In this document: positions 28,268 to 38,499 of the stretch, piece by piece
How the letters are laid out: every line of letters begins with the position of its first letter
Numbering within the stretch: the first letter of the stretch is position 1
Source: an uncultured cyanobacterium
GTDB taxonomy: Bacteria; Cyanobacteriota; Cyanobacteriia; Cyanobacteriales; CAWUOF01
DNA length: 64,000 bases
Assembly: GCA_963744145.1 (NCBI GenBank)
Contig: CAVUSO010000001.1
Span: forward strand, 5,152,001-5,216,000
Direction: 5' to 3'
Notes under the pieces: generated by a model
Database searches by the model: none
What the model was told of the DNA's origin: nothing
Seen by the model: only the letters and a program-made list of their open reading frames with translations
Position numbers and translations under genes: made by a program

Positions 28268-30508
28268 TTATTGCTCAATTTTCACTTGCTCTACCTTAGT
28301 AATATGTAACTCTTTTCGATCTCCGTTATCTTGAGGTTGAACATCAATAACTTGTAAGACTTTACCATTTAATTCAAACACAGGTGGAGCTTTAGGAATT
28401 TGATTAAGAATGGGCTGAGGTAACGTGACCAGATAGGTTTGACCTCCGGAAGCTTGTAAAGTTAAATTAATCACATCACCGATTGGTTGAACACCATTAA
28501 TTTTGCCAACAATTCCATCCGATTTAGTCAGAGTTTGAGTCTGATTACCACAGAATAAATTAACTGGATTTTGATTCAAATTAGTACAAGAGAGAATCTC
28601 ATCTACTCGATGAGTAATTTTAATAAACTCCGTATAATTATAAGCATCACCTTTAGCATAATTAGCTTGTTCTTGCAAGTTTGATGGAGCAGTTAATAAA
28701 GTTTCTTTGACTAAATTTTGTTCTTCTTTAGTGAGATTGGGAGACAAATATACCCCAGCTCCAGGAATGACCCTGCTGACACTAATCCGTCGGACTTTAG
28801 GATTATTTTTCACCACTGAATTAATTCCAGCTCCCACATCTACTTGACCTGATTCTACCTTATCAATGATTTTAGCCAGGGGATTACCTAAATCGAGATT
28901 AATAGTTTTACCATATAAATCATAAATAGGCTGATAAAAAGCAAACGCATCATTAAATTGTCCTAAAGCAATTTTTTGATTAGAAGTGATATCATTTAAT
29001 CCATGAATAGAACTATCAGCCCGAACGAAAAGAGCCGATTCGATCGCAGGAGTTGAGGGAAACATCCGGGCAGCAAATTCATAACCATTATCTTGAGCAG
29101 CAATAGAAAGCATGGGAGTGAGAGTAAAAGCGACATCCCATGTCTTATTAGCAATGTGACTTTTAGCTTCGGTTAAAGAATCTTTATTTTTAATTTCAAT
29201 TGCATCAACATCAGCTTTGATCTCAGCATTTAATTTTTTACTTAACTGACCTTTTAAGTAGTCAATCAGAGGAATATAGTTTTCTTTGGGAAATCTGGAG
29301 ATCATAATTACTCCGACAGTTAAAGGACGTTTAGTAATAGTTTTAATGGCTGAATCAACTAGGGGAGTGGGAGTCGGTTGAGAGCGATTTTGGTGCCAGA
29401 AAAATCCGAGCGCGATCGCACTAAATAAAGCAATTCCTAATCCACCAAATAAATACCAAGGTTTCCGAGGAGAAGGAGGAGGAGGAGGAGGAATAATACT
29501 TTGAATGGTTGGTGGTGGGATCAAGGGAGTAGATGCTAAAAACTGCTGCACATCTTGAGCAGATGGGAAACGTTGATCTAAGCGAACAGCTAACATCCGA
29601 TTTAAAGCTTGTGTTAACTGAGGACTAAGGGTTAATTCTCGCTCCCATAACCATTCTGCTGACATGGGATCACGCAGATTTTGGGGTTGTTTCCCAGTCA
29701 TTAAAAATAAAGCAGTAGCAGCTAAAGAATATAAATCACTGTGGGGAGCAACTACTCCTCTTGACATTTGCTCATCGGGAGCATAACCTGGTTTACCAAT
29801 TACGGTCGGACCACTCTGGGAAGCACTACTATTTTCTGCTGAAGCTAGTTGAGTTGCCACATTTAAAGCAACTTGTTTCACACCACCCAAATCAATTAAA
29901 ACCGGCATTTTGTCTATTTCACGCCGGATGATATTATCAGGAGAAATATCGCGGTGAATCACACCTTGACCGTGAAGATAGCTCAGAATTGGTAGAACTT
30001 GTCTAAAAAGTTCTAAAATTTCAGCTTCGCTAAAACGCTGTCCTTGTTGTAAACGTTGAGTTAATAGATTATAGTAGGTATGGCCTTCAATAAAATCCTG
30101 GACCAGATATAGCCCTTTACCATCGCGAAAAATTTCTCTAAACTTGGGGATTTGGGGATGTTGGAGCTGATAAAGCGTTTGAGCTTCTCTTTGAAATAGT
30201 TCTTCGCATTTTTTGAGTGCGAAAGTACCTTGAATACTAGGATTAAGTTCTTTAATGACGATCTTTTCATGAAATCGTCCGTTATCTTCTGCTAAGTAAG
30301 TTACCCCAAATCCTCCTCGAGCTAGTACCCGTAAAATTACATAGCGATCGCGCATTCTGGTCCCAACCGTTAACTCAGAGGGATGATTTTCTGGTGTTTG
30401 ACTAGCTGAACTAGGAGTAACTGGGGTTAAAGTTGTCCCACAATGAGAACAAAAAACCGCTCCGACCAGGTTTTGATTTCCACATTTAGCACAAGTAACC
30501 ATATTCAT
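28268..30508 (-). CDS. Membrane Ser/Thr kinase with C-terminal PhnD-like substrate-binding domain
   Basis: Zinc ribbon, HRDISPDN, DLG, poly-Pro linker, TM helix, periplasmic-binding-like C-terminus. Confidence 0.85.
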   Translation of the reverse strand: MNMVTCAKCGNQNLVGAVFCSHCGTTLTPVTPSSASQTPENHPSELTVGTRMRDRYVILRVLARGGFGVTYLAEDNGRFHEKIVIKELNPSIQGTFALKKCEELFQREAQTLYQLQHPQIPKFREIFRDGKGLYLVQDFIEGHTYYNLLTQRLQQGQRFSEAEILELFRQVLPILSYLHGQGVIHRDISPDNIIRREIDKMPVLIDLGGVKQVALNVATQLASAENSSASQSGPTVIGKPGYAPDEQMSRGVVAPHSDLYSLAATALFLMTGKQPQNLRDPMSAEWLWERELTLSPQLTQALNRMLAVRLDQRFPSAQDVQQFLASTPLIPPPTIQSIIPPPPPPSPRKPWYLFGGLGIALFSAIALGFFWHQNRSQPTPTPLVDSAIKTITKRPLTVGVIMISRFPKENYIPLIDYLKGQLSKKLNAEIKADVDAIEIKNKDSLTEAKSHIANKTWDVAFTLTPMLSIAAQDNGYEFAARMFPSTPAIESALFVRADSSIHGLNDITSNQKIALGQFNDAFAFYQPIYDLYGKTINLDLGNPLAKIIDKVESGQVDVGAGINSVVKNNPKVRRISVSRVIPGAGVYLSPNLTKEEQNLVKETLLTAPSNLQEQANYAKGDAYNYTEFIKITHRVDEILSCTNLNQNPVNLFCGNQTQTLTKSDGIVGKINGVQPIGDVINLTLQASGGQTYLVTLPQPILNQIPKAPPVFELNGKVLQVIDVQPQDNGDRKELHITKVEQVKIEQ

Positions 30509-30632
30509 AGAGAGACTTAATATATTTAGGTTTGGCTCAAATATCAGGTTTATGGCTAGTTATGTCCATCATAGCAGTTAAAAAGGTAATTTCAGCTTGA
30601 TTGACTACTTCTGTTTTTTCTTTGGTAACTGC

Positions 30633-33600
30633 TTAGGATGAGGTGAGGGAAAATTGTTGGCTATAAAACTGGGCAACGCGATCGCCTGGATTTTGATATA
30701 AACAATCAGCAAATAATGCACCTGCTTCAGGTAATTTACCTGCTTGATAAAGTGATAAAGCTTCCATAAATATTGGTAGAGTTGCTAATTTGCCAGCTTG
30801 AATTTCTGGTAAATCTCCATCAAATACTTCATAAACCGTCACTAATTCTGATTTACCCTTAACTTGAACTGTATCAATAGGACGAATAGCATAATTAGAT
30901 GGATCGCTTAATCTGACATAAGTCTGTTGGGTGATTAACAGGGATACCCCGTAATTTTTCGTCAAAGTTTCTACCCGTGAAGCTAAATTCACCGCATCAC
31001 TAATGACTGTGGTATCCATCCGATTTTGTCCACCGACAGTACCTAACATTAATGAACCTGTATTGATCCCGATCCCAATCGCGATCGGCGGCTGATCAAA
31101 ATTAACTCGCTCTTGATTGTATCCTTGGAGTTGATGCAGCATAGCTAAACCAGCTTTAACTGCATGATCAGCCTCACCACTAAATAGCGCCATAATCGCA
31201 TCCCCAATGTATTTGTCAATAAAACCATTATTTTCAATAATTGCTGATTCCATCCGCGATAGATAAGCATTGATAAACTGAAAATTATCGGCTGGAGTCA
31301 TCTTTTCTGATAGGGTAGTAAAGCCGCGAATATCAGAAAATAACACTGACATTTCTAACTGGACTTGATCACCTAATTGCACATCAATAATACTTGATTT
31401 TTCTAAAAATTGGAGAAATTGACGAGGCACAAATCGTCCATAAGCTTGGTTAAGTTGAAAAAGCTGATGAGTAAATTTTTCCCGTTCAGCTTCAGCTTTT
31501 TTGCGCTCTGTGATATCTTGAAAGGCAATAATCCCATAAGTGATATTGCCTTTTTGATCATAAATAGGTTTTCCCCAAACTTCGATGGGAATAATCTGGT
31601 CAGGTTGATGAATCTCCATATCATCAACCGTAGAGCTTTCACCATTTAAAGCTCGTACTGCAGGCATTTTTTCGATTGGATAAGGCTCAGAAGTATCGGC
31701 TAGATAAGCTTGATAAATATCGGCTAATTTTTCTGGTGTAGCATTGGGCGTAATTCCTTGACCCAAAATTTGCTGGGCTTTCTGATTAACATAGTTAGGT
31801 TGACCGCTAGGTTCAACTATCATTATCCCTGCTGGAATTGCTTCTAAAAATTGAGTCAATCTGCTTTCATTTTCTCTTACCTCTGTATAGAGTTTAGCAT
31901 TTTGCAAAGAAATAGCCGCTTGTCCTGATAACAATTGTAACACCTCGATGCGCTCTGGGGTAAATGCTCCCGTGGTCAGATTATTTTCTAAATAAACAAT
32001 ACTAATTAGCTGACCCTGATTAATTAATGGTACACACAATACTGATTTAGGCTGATGCTGTTTAATATAAGGATCGCTAGTAAATTTACCTGTTTGAGTA
32101 GCATCATTTAAGACTAAACTTTCTTGAGTACGTGCGACATAATTAACAATGGCTTCCGAAAGGATTTGAGTATTGGTAATCGGAGTCGATCGCCATAGGA
32201 TTACTGGTTGAATGATAGAACCTTCGGCTTCGATCATTAATTTGCCTTGATTAGACAAAATCAGACAACCCCGTTGTGCTCCAGCATTTTCGATTAAAAT
32301 TTTCATTAAACTAGACAGTAAATTATCTAGCATAATTTCGCCGGAAATAGTCTGATTGGCTTTGATTACTGTCGCAAAATCTAAATCGGAATTGCCTCCA
32401 GTTGTTGAAGATTTTCTACCAGTAATAGTTGTCCGCAAATCAGTTTGTTTATTGGCTGATTTATTAGACAAAAACTGTGGATATTTCTGCTCTAAATCCT
32501 CTACTTTACGTTTAGCCCCCCAAAGTTGGTAACCATAGTGAGCTTTGAGCATATAAAGTTGAGCAATTTCTTCTTTTCCTTTCCCTAACCAAAACTTAGC
32601 CGCTAATTCATTCCCTAAAGCTTCATTCTGAATATATTCATTTTCATGGGCTGAAGCGATCGCGCGATCATATAAATCTAGTGCAGCCATTTCTTGACCA
32701 GAAATCCGGGCAATTTCTGCTTCCACCAACAGATATTTATGCAGGAAATTTTCCGGACAACTATCTGCCCAAATTTTCATCTGTTGTTGGTTGGTTTCAA
32801 TTTGTTTTTGATAACTAACTTGGTCTGATTCACTAAAGGTTGGATAGAGAGCCAATAAAATTAAAGAAATATATAAATTGTTAACAGCATTAGTAATCAT
32901 CCCTTGCACATAAGGTAACATGGTTTGAGCTTCTTGGATACAATCTAAAGCGGTAACATTGTCGCCATACAAATAGAGAACTTGGGCTTTATAGGTTAAG
33001 TAGTTAGCAAGAGCAAAAAAGTTTTGATTAGTTCGACAATCTTCGATATAATCAGCTTCAGTGAGGGAATCACTGGCAAACTCTCTGGATTTGGGACTCA
33101 AGCCACTTAAATTATAAATGGGTAGTTGACAGGCGATTATGCTATGATAGGCTAATAAATTTTTCGTTTTAGCCGTGAATTTTAAATAATCATTAAGAAC
33201 CGCTAATATTTCACTAAAAATTTTACCAGAAACAAAAAAGTTAACCATTTGATGCAGAGCAATATAGCCGGAAAACTGTAACTCTCCTGACTCCAAACCT
33301 GCTTGATAACCTTTGTTATTAATCACCTCAGCTTTTTTCATTGGAATCACCCAATGTTGAACATGGTTAGCGATATTATTAGAGGCTTGCGCTTTCATGG
33401 ATGAGTCATTAAAACGCTCAGAAAGGTCTAAACCTAATTTAGCAAATTCATAGCCTGAGCGATATTCCCGTAAAACTGAACTCAGAATAATTCCATAACT
33501 AGTATAAACTTTAGCAGAAGCAGCAATCGGACCGTATTTAATCGAAATATAAGCCATTTTCGCAGCAATAATTCCATAAAGTTCGGTGTTACTAAAATAA

Positions 33601-36344
33601 GCCGCAGGGTCTACACTGACTAACAATTTTACAGCAGCTCTCATTTCCAGATTCGTCATTTCTGGTTGCTTTAGTAGGATGCTAATTTCTCTAGGTTGCC
33701 AAAGTTTCCGCACTTCTGCTAGTTCTTTTTGTAAAGCATTGGTGAAATCTTGATTAGTTAACTCAATCCCCAATAAATTTAAGGCTTGTCGAGCAGCATT
33801 AATAGCTTCTTCATATTTAGACATCATGGTTAACATGATAATTAAAACATTATAAATTTCGGCTTTTTCTAAATTAGTTTTACATTTGTCAATCACCAAA
33901 TAAATCAATTCTTCAGCATAATCAAAGTTACTGTTTAAATATTCAATTTCTGTTCTTTCTTTATGCAGATCCAGGGTCAGTTGATATTCCTCTTGCCAAC
34001 AATCATCACTTAATAAAGATATACCGATCTGCAAATATTCTTGCGCCGCTAAATAAGCATTTGAGTCTTTCGCTTTGCGAGCAGCGATTAAATTAAATTT
34101 GGCTAAGGCTATTTTTTCAGTTTGATCAGTAATTAACTCACGTCCAAGATTAAAATGTTCAACTATATCGAAAATTTTTGCCTCTTGCTCTGTCCCTGGA
34201 GTATTAACTTGTAACAAACGTCCAATTTTCAAGTGTACTGCTTTTTTTTCATTTTCAGCAATTAAAGTATAAGCAGCTTGCTGTACTCGGTCATGCAGAA
34301 ATTTATAATCTTGAATTAATAGGTTTTCATCTAACTCCGATGTTGGCAATATGTATCCAGCCTGAATTGCTGCAAATAGATCGGAAAAAATTATTTCTGG
34401 CGGTTGTTCACAAACAATCGACAGGGTACTTAAGTGAAAAGATGCGCCTATACAAGATGCTAAACGTAAAACCTGCTGTGTAATAGAAGGCAGTTTTTTC
34501 AAGTTGTTGATCATCAATTCTACGACATTATCTGTGATATTTTTTGCCTCAATTTGATCTATATTCCACTGCCAATTATGATGTTGCCAGTCAAAATTTA
34601 TCAGTTTTTCTGCGGCCAGAGTTTTCAGAAATTGATTGACAAAAAACGGGTTCCCTCCCGTTTTCTTCATTACCAGTTCTGCTAAAGATTTTACTGAGTC
34701 TGTGTCTCGATGTAATACATCCGCAATCAATTGGCTAATATTTTCTGGTTGTAAAGGTGCTAAGGTAATAAAATTGATAATTGCTCCCTCTTTACTCAAC
34801 CGATCAATCGTCATCATCAACGGATGAGTTGGGCTGACTTCATTATCTCGATAAGCTCCAATTAAAAACAGATATTGCAGCTCTGTATCTGTCATCATCA
34901 GTTCAATTAATTTGAGAGTAGCGGAGTCAGCCCACTGTAAATCATCGAGAAAAATAATTAAGGGATGCTCTTTTGTGCAGAATACTCTAATGAAATTACC
35001 AAAGACAATATTAAAGCGATTTTGTGATTCAGTTAATCCTAATTCTGGCACAGGTGCTTGTGGGCCGACTATTAGTTCTACTTCAGGAATTACATCAATA
35101 ATAACTTGACCATTCGCTCCAAAAGCACCTCGAATTTTTTCTCGCCATGCTTCCAGTTGTGTTTCACTTTCAGTTAACAGTTGCCGCACTAATCCTTGAA
35201 AAGCATTAACGATCGCTGAGTAAGGTATATTTTTTTGAAATTGATCAAATTTCCCACCAGTGAAATAGCCACACCGTCGGGTATTTGGTTTGTGAATTTC
35301 GGCCACGATCGATGATTTGCCAATCCCAGAATAACCCGCTACTAACATCATTTCTGTTTGGGATTTTTCTGGGTTTGCTACTCGCTCAAATGCTGTTAGT
35401 ATGGCTTCAACTTCTACCTCCCTTCCGTAGAGTTTTTGGGGAATTTGAAACTGATCGGAAATATCTTGAGTTCCCAACGGGAAATCTGATATATTTCCGG
35501 TTTTTTGTAACTGGGATAAACATTCTTCTAAATCTCCTCGGATTCCGAAAGCATTTTGATATCGCTCCTCAGCAGTTTTTGCCATTAGTTTCATCACCAG
35601 ATCTGACAAGACTTTAGGTATTTCTGGATTAATTTGATGAGGTGCTATGGGGACTTTGGCAATATGACAATGTACTAATTCTAATAAATCATTTGTTTCA
35701 AAAGGAAGTTGTCCTGTCAGTAATTCATAGAATGTGACTCCTAGGGAATAAAAATCGGTCCGGTAATCTAGGAAACGATTCATTCTTCCTGTTTGCTCTG
35801 GTGAAATATAAGCTAAAGTTCCTTCTAGGACATTGGGATTTTTGAGGGTAGGGTTTTCGCGGGTGAATTGAGTGGAAATACCAAAGTCTATGATTTTGAG
35901 TTGCTTGGTTTCTGGATTAAAAACAATATTGGCTAGATTAATATCTTTATGGACAATATATTTAGCATGAATCTGACCCAAAATCTCAGTAATTTTAATC
36001 GCAATACTTAGGAATTCCTCTAGGGAGAATAGCTCCTTCCCTGCTGCTCTCCTCTGATCCATTAAGTCTTTTAAAGATCTTGCACCAAAATCCTCAAGAA
36101 TGATGACCAAAGTCCGCTGATTGGGTTTTAATTCATAAGCTTTAATTACCCCATCTAGCTCCAGATTTCGGGTGATTTCATATTCCTGTTTATAACGGGT
36201 GAGTTCAGCAGGAGTAGGATAATCTTCTTTGAGGAATTTGAGGATAACAGGTTGCTGATCCTGTTGACGGATACCTCGATAAACAATGGAGTTGCTACTT
36301 TCGTAAATTTGAGTGAGAATTTGGTAGTTGTTAATGTTGATCAT
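30633..36344 (-). CDS. Ser/Thr kinase-AAA ATPase-GAF-PAS-class III adenylate cyclase
   Basis: HKDIN/DFG, GYSGIGKS, LDDLQWAD, GAF, PAS, FSDIRGFT, DKYIGDA, DAVNLASRVE. Confidence 0.92.
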   Translation of the reverse strand: MININNYQILTQIYESSNSIVYRGIRQQDQQPVILKFLKEDYPTPAELTRYKQEYEITRNLELDGVIKAYELKPNQRTLVIILEDFGARSLKDLMDQRRAAGKELFSLEEFLSIAIKITEILGQIHAKYIVHKDINLANIVFNPETKQLKIIDFGISTQFTRENPTLKNPNVLEGTLAYISPEQTGRMNRFLDYRTDFYSLGVTFYELLTGQLPFETNDLLELVHCHIAKVPIAPHQINPEIPKVLSDLVMKLMAKTAEERYQNAFGIRGDLEECLSQLQKTGNISDFPLGTQDISDQFQIPQKLYGREVEVEAILTAFERVANPEKSQTEMMLVAGYSGIGKSSIVAEIHKPNTRRCGYFTGGKFDQFQKNIPYSAIVNAFQGLVRQLLTESETQLEAWREKIRGAFGANGQVIIDVIPEVELIVGPQAPVPELGLTESQNRFNIVFGNFIRVFCTKEHPLIIFLDDLQWADSATLKLIELMMTDTELQYLFLIGAYRDNEVSPTHPLMMTIDRLSKEGAIINFITLAPLQPENISQLIADVLHRDTDSVKSLAELVMKKTGGNPFFVNQFLKTLAAEKLINFDWQHHNWQWNIDQIEAKNITDNVVELMINNLKKLPSITQQVLRLASCIGASFHLSTLSIVCEQPPEIIFSDLFAAIQAGYILPTSELDENLLIQDYKFLHDRVQQAAYTLIAENEKKAVHLKIGRLLQVNTPGTEQEAKIFDIVEHFNLGRELITDQTEKIALAKFNLIAARKAKDSNAYLAAQEYLQIGISLLSDDCWQEEYQLTLDLHKERTEIEYLNSNFDYAEELIYLVIDKCKTNLEKAEIYNVLIIMLTMMSKYEEAINAARQALNLLGIELTNQDFTNALQKELAEVRKLWQPREISILLKQPEMTNLEMRAAVKLLVSVDPAAYFSNTELYGIIAAKMAYISIKYGPIAASAKVYTSYGIILSSVLREYRSGYEFAKLGLDLSERFNDSSMKAQASNNIANHVQHWVIPMKKAEVINNKGYQAGLESGELQFSGYIALHQMVNFFVSGKIFSEILAVLNDYLKFTAKTKNLLAYHSIIACQLPIYNLSGLSPKSREFASDSLTEADYIEDCRTNQNFFALANYLTYKAQVLYLYGDNVTALDCIQEAQTMLPYVQGMITNAVNNLYISLILLALYPTFSESDQVSYQKQIETNQQQMKIWADSCPENFLHKYLLVEAEIARISGQEMAALDLYDRAIASAHENEYIQNEALGNELAAKFWLGKGKEEIAQLYMLKAHYGYQLWGAKRKVEDLEQKYPQFLSNKSANKQTDLRTTITGRKSSTTGGNSDLDFATVIKANQTISGEIMLDNLLSSLMKILIENAGAQRGCLILSNQGKLMIEAEGSIIQPVILWRSTPITNTQILSEAIVNYVARTQESLVLNDATQTGKFTSDPYIKQHQPKSVLCVPLINQGQLISIVYLENNLTTGAFTPERIEVLQLLSGQAAISLQNAKLYTEVRENESRLTQFLEAIPAGIMIVEPSGQPNYVNQKAQQILGQGITPNATPEKLADIYQAYLADTSEPYPIEKMPAVRALNGESSTVDDMEIHQPDQIIPIEVWGKPIYDQKGNITYGIIAFQDITERKKAEAEREKFTHQLFQLNQAYGRFVPRQFLQFLEKSSIIDVQLGDQVQLEMSVLFSDIRGFTTLSEKMTPADNFQFINAYLSRMESAIIENNGFIDKYIGDAIMALFSGEADHAVKAGLAMLHQLQGYNQERVNFDQPPIAIGIGINTGSLMLGTVGGQNRMDTTVISDAVNLASRVETLTKNYGVSLLITQQTYVRLSDPSNYAIRPIDTVQVKGKSELVTVYEVFDGDLPEIQAGKLATLPIFMEALSLYQAGKLPEAGALFADCLYQNPGDRVAQFYSQQFSLTSS

Positions 36345-36483
36345 TTTTAGGTTGTCATCAGATTAAGATTTGCCAAATTAGTCAAAGTCGGCTATATCAA
36401 CTTTCTTATAATCTTTAAGAATGGAAAATTTTTCCGATCAATCTGGGCAGCGCGATCGTTGTTTCTCGATTTCCCTGAAAAAT

Positions 36484-36590
36484 ATCAAGCGTAATTTGTC
36501 CTGGCTCAGTAAATTTGAGTGCATTGCTCAGTAAATTAATTAAAATTTGACCTAGTTTGATCTCATCTGTGCCGAGCTAGCGAGGGACAC
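36484..36590 (-). pseudogene. Histidine kinase HATPase N-box fragment
   Basis: VPR*LGTDEIKLGQILINLLSNALKFTEPGQITL. Confidence 0.75.
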
Positions 36591-36856
36591 TTTCTGTCCT
36601 CTGGAAGACTAACTTTAAACCCCATTAGGTACCTATAGATACCAATCCAGTAGTTGCCTTAATCGCAATTACACCAATTTGTAATTATAATAATAGGGAA
36701 TTGGTTTTTAGCGCAACACTGTAAAAAATACTTACGCGATCGCCAGTAGTCACAATCGGGTTAATCCTTGATGGTTGTCCTAGGGGGACTTAGTTTTTTA
36801 GCCGCTCCATTTGGCCCTCTTCATTGATTTGAGCCAAAATTTTCTCAAAAAAAAGC

Positions 36857-36885
36857 TTGCAATTTTAAATTGCCTATGTTACTAT
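36857..36885 (+). promoter_or_regulatory. Sigma70-type promoter for tRNA-Tyr/Thr
   Basis: TTGCAA-17 nt-TACTAT. Confidence 0.55.
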
Positions 36886-36905
36886 AATTATCCGTGGGTG
36901 AAAAA

Positions 36906-36987
36906 GGGTCGATGCCCGAGTGGTTAATGGGGGCGGACTGTAAATCCGCTGGCTACGCCTACGCTGGTTCAAATCCAGCTCGGCCCA
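36906..36987 (+). tRNA. trnY: tRNA-Tyr(GUA)
   Basis: GGGTCGATGCCCGAGTGG...GCGGA-CTGTAAA-TCCGC, long variable arm, GGTTCAAATCC. Confidence 0.97.
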
Positions 36988-37000
36988 TACCCACACTCAT

Positions 37001-37072
37001 GCCCGTGTAGCTTAGTGGTAGAGCACACCCTTGGTAAGGGTGAGGTCACGAGTTCAATCCTCGTCACGGGCT
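37001..37072 (+). tRNA. trnT: tRNA-Thr(GGU)
   Basis: GCCCGTG...CACCC-TTGGTAA-GGGTG...AGTTCAATCCT...CACGGGC. Confidence 0.97.
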
Positions 37073-37237
37073 TTAAAACAGACTTGATTGGTCATTTCCC
37101 CAGTCAATTAATCTAATTCAATGCGGTTTTTAGTTAATTGTAGATTAGCTGACTCTGGGTTAATTGAGCATGGTAGAATCGGAGGTAATGTATATTGAGA
37201 TTTGTTTAAAAATTAAAAAATTAAATAGGAGTCTTAT

Positions 37238-37834
37238 ATGTCCTATAGTGATTTTACTTTAGAAACTGTCAAAAAAAATCTACATCTTAATATTTATAGT
37301 AGAGAGAATATTTTTTCCGAAGTTGTGTCATTACCAGTGAGTGATTATTTACAGGAAACTTTAGCTTATAATGTGCCTTTTGCTTTGGCTAGTAATACCG
37401 AAAAATCTCGTTCAGAGATGATTATTACACCAATTTTATTAGAATTAACTAAAAAATTTACTAATCAAATTAGTTTGTTTTCTGGTGTCGAATTTAATAT
37501 TGAACCTAGTCAAGGTTTAAGTGGGAATTGTGATTTTTTAATTAGTCGCTCTCCCGAGTTTTTATTGATTAATGCACCAATAATTATCATTGTCGAAGCG
37601 AAGAAGGAAAATATTAAAGGAGGGTTGGGGCAATGTATAGCCGAAATGTATGCAGCTCGGTTATTTAATGAACGGGAAGGAAATGAAATTACAGAAATTT
37701 ATGGGGTAGTGACTACGGGAGAAATTTGGAAGTTTTTAAAGTTATCAGGTGAACGGGTACAGATTGATTTGGCTGAATATTTTTTAAATGATGTCAATAA
37801 AATCTTGGGAATTTTGGCGAGTGGTATAAAATGA
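37238..37834 (+). CDS. Conserved cyanobacterial protein with restriction-endonuclease-like fold
   Basis: G.CDFL...IVEAKKE...GQCIAEM...YGVVTTG..WKFL. Confidence 0.7.
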   Translation: MSYSDFTLETVKKNLHLNIYSRENIFSEVVSLPVSDYLQETLAYNVPFALASNTEKSRSEMIITPILLELTKKFTNQISLFSGVEFNIEPSQGLSGNCDFLISRSPEFLLINAPIIIIVEAKKENIKGGLGQCIAEMYAARLFNEREGNEITEIYGVVTTGEIWKFLKLSGERVQIDLAEYFLNDVNKILGILASGIK

Positions 37835-37888
37835 TTTTAGTTTTGAGTGATATTTGATGAGGTGGTAAAATCACTAAAGAAAACCTGT

Positions 37889-38190
37889 CTCATATCAATT
37901 AACTATGAAATTGCACTTAATCTGAGGTTGATCTGTTAGGTCAGGGCAGGTTTATAATGGTGATCTGTTGGTGGCAAAATTGACTGGTGAACCTGCCCCT
38001 ACCAATTTTATCCTCAATTTGCGGATTTCTGTAGGGGTGGGTTCGCCCAGATTTTTGAAATTTACCAATTAATTAGAAAAACCCGCCCGGGTTCACCGAG
38101 ATGTTTGACATTTACCTACTAATCATCAAAACCCACCCTCACCCACAGATCAATATACATCAATGTATCTTCATGGTGAATTGGTATCAG
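37889..38190. mobile_element. MITE-like element (family B ends) with the same REP core as family A
   Basis: Imperfect TIR CTCATATCAATTAACTATGAA / TTCATGGTGAATTGGTATCAG; internal GATCTGT...GGTGAACCTGCCCCTAC...GTAGGGGTGGGTTC...ACAGATC. Confidence 0.6.
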
Positions 38191-38499
38191 ATTATTGACC
38201 GTATTTTATTATGATCACCAGAGGAGTTTACACCTCTACTTTTACAACTTTCTCGCGACGAATTGATGACTAGATTCCAGTCAGAAAACGAAGGAGAATA
38301 AAATTATGGGCTTTGCTTAATTAGGTGATGAAAATACATAACTTGAACCCTAATGGGCGTATTACTATACGCCCCTACTGCGCGCCTCATTTTTTTATTT
38401 AGCAGGTTTAGTATTTTATTCCGTAAATCAGTAACACCAAAATTACCAATATCTCAAAATTCACCTCATAATTCTAAATTGGCTTCTGATGTTCTACAA

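Noticed and set aside
36906..38190. Prophage or island integrated at tRNA-Thr
   Set aside because: No integrase and no duplicated tRNA 3' end found in the window
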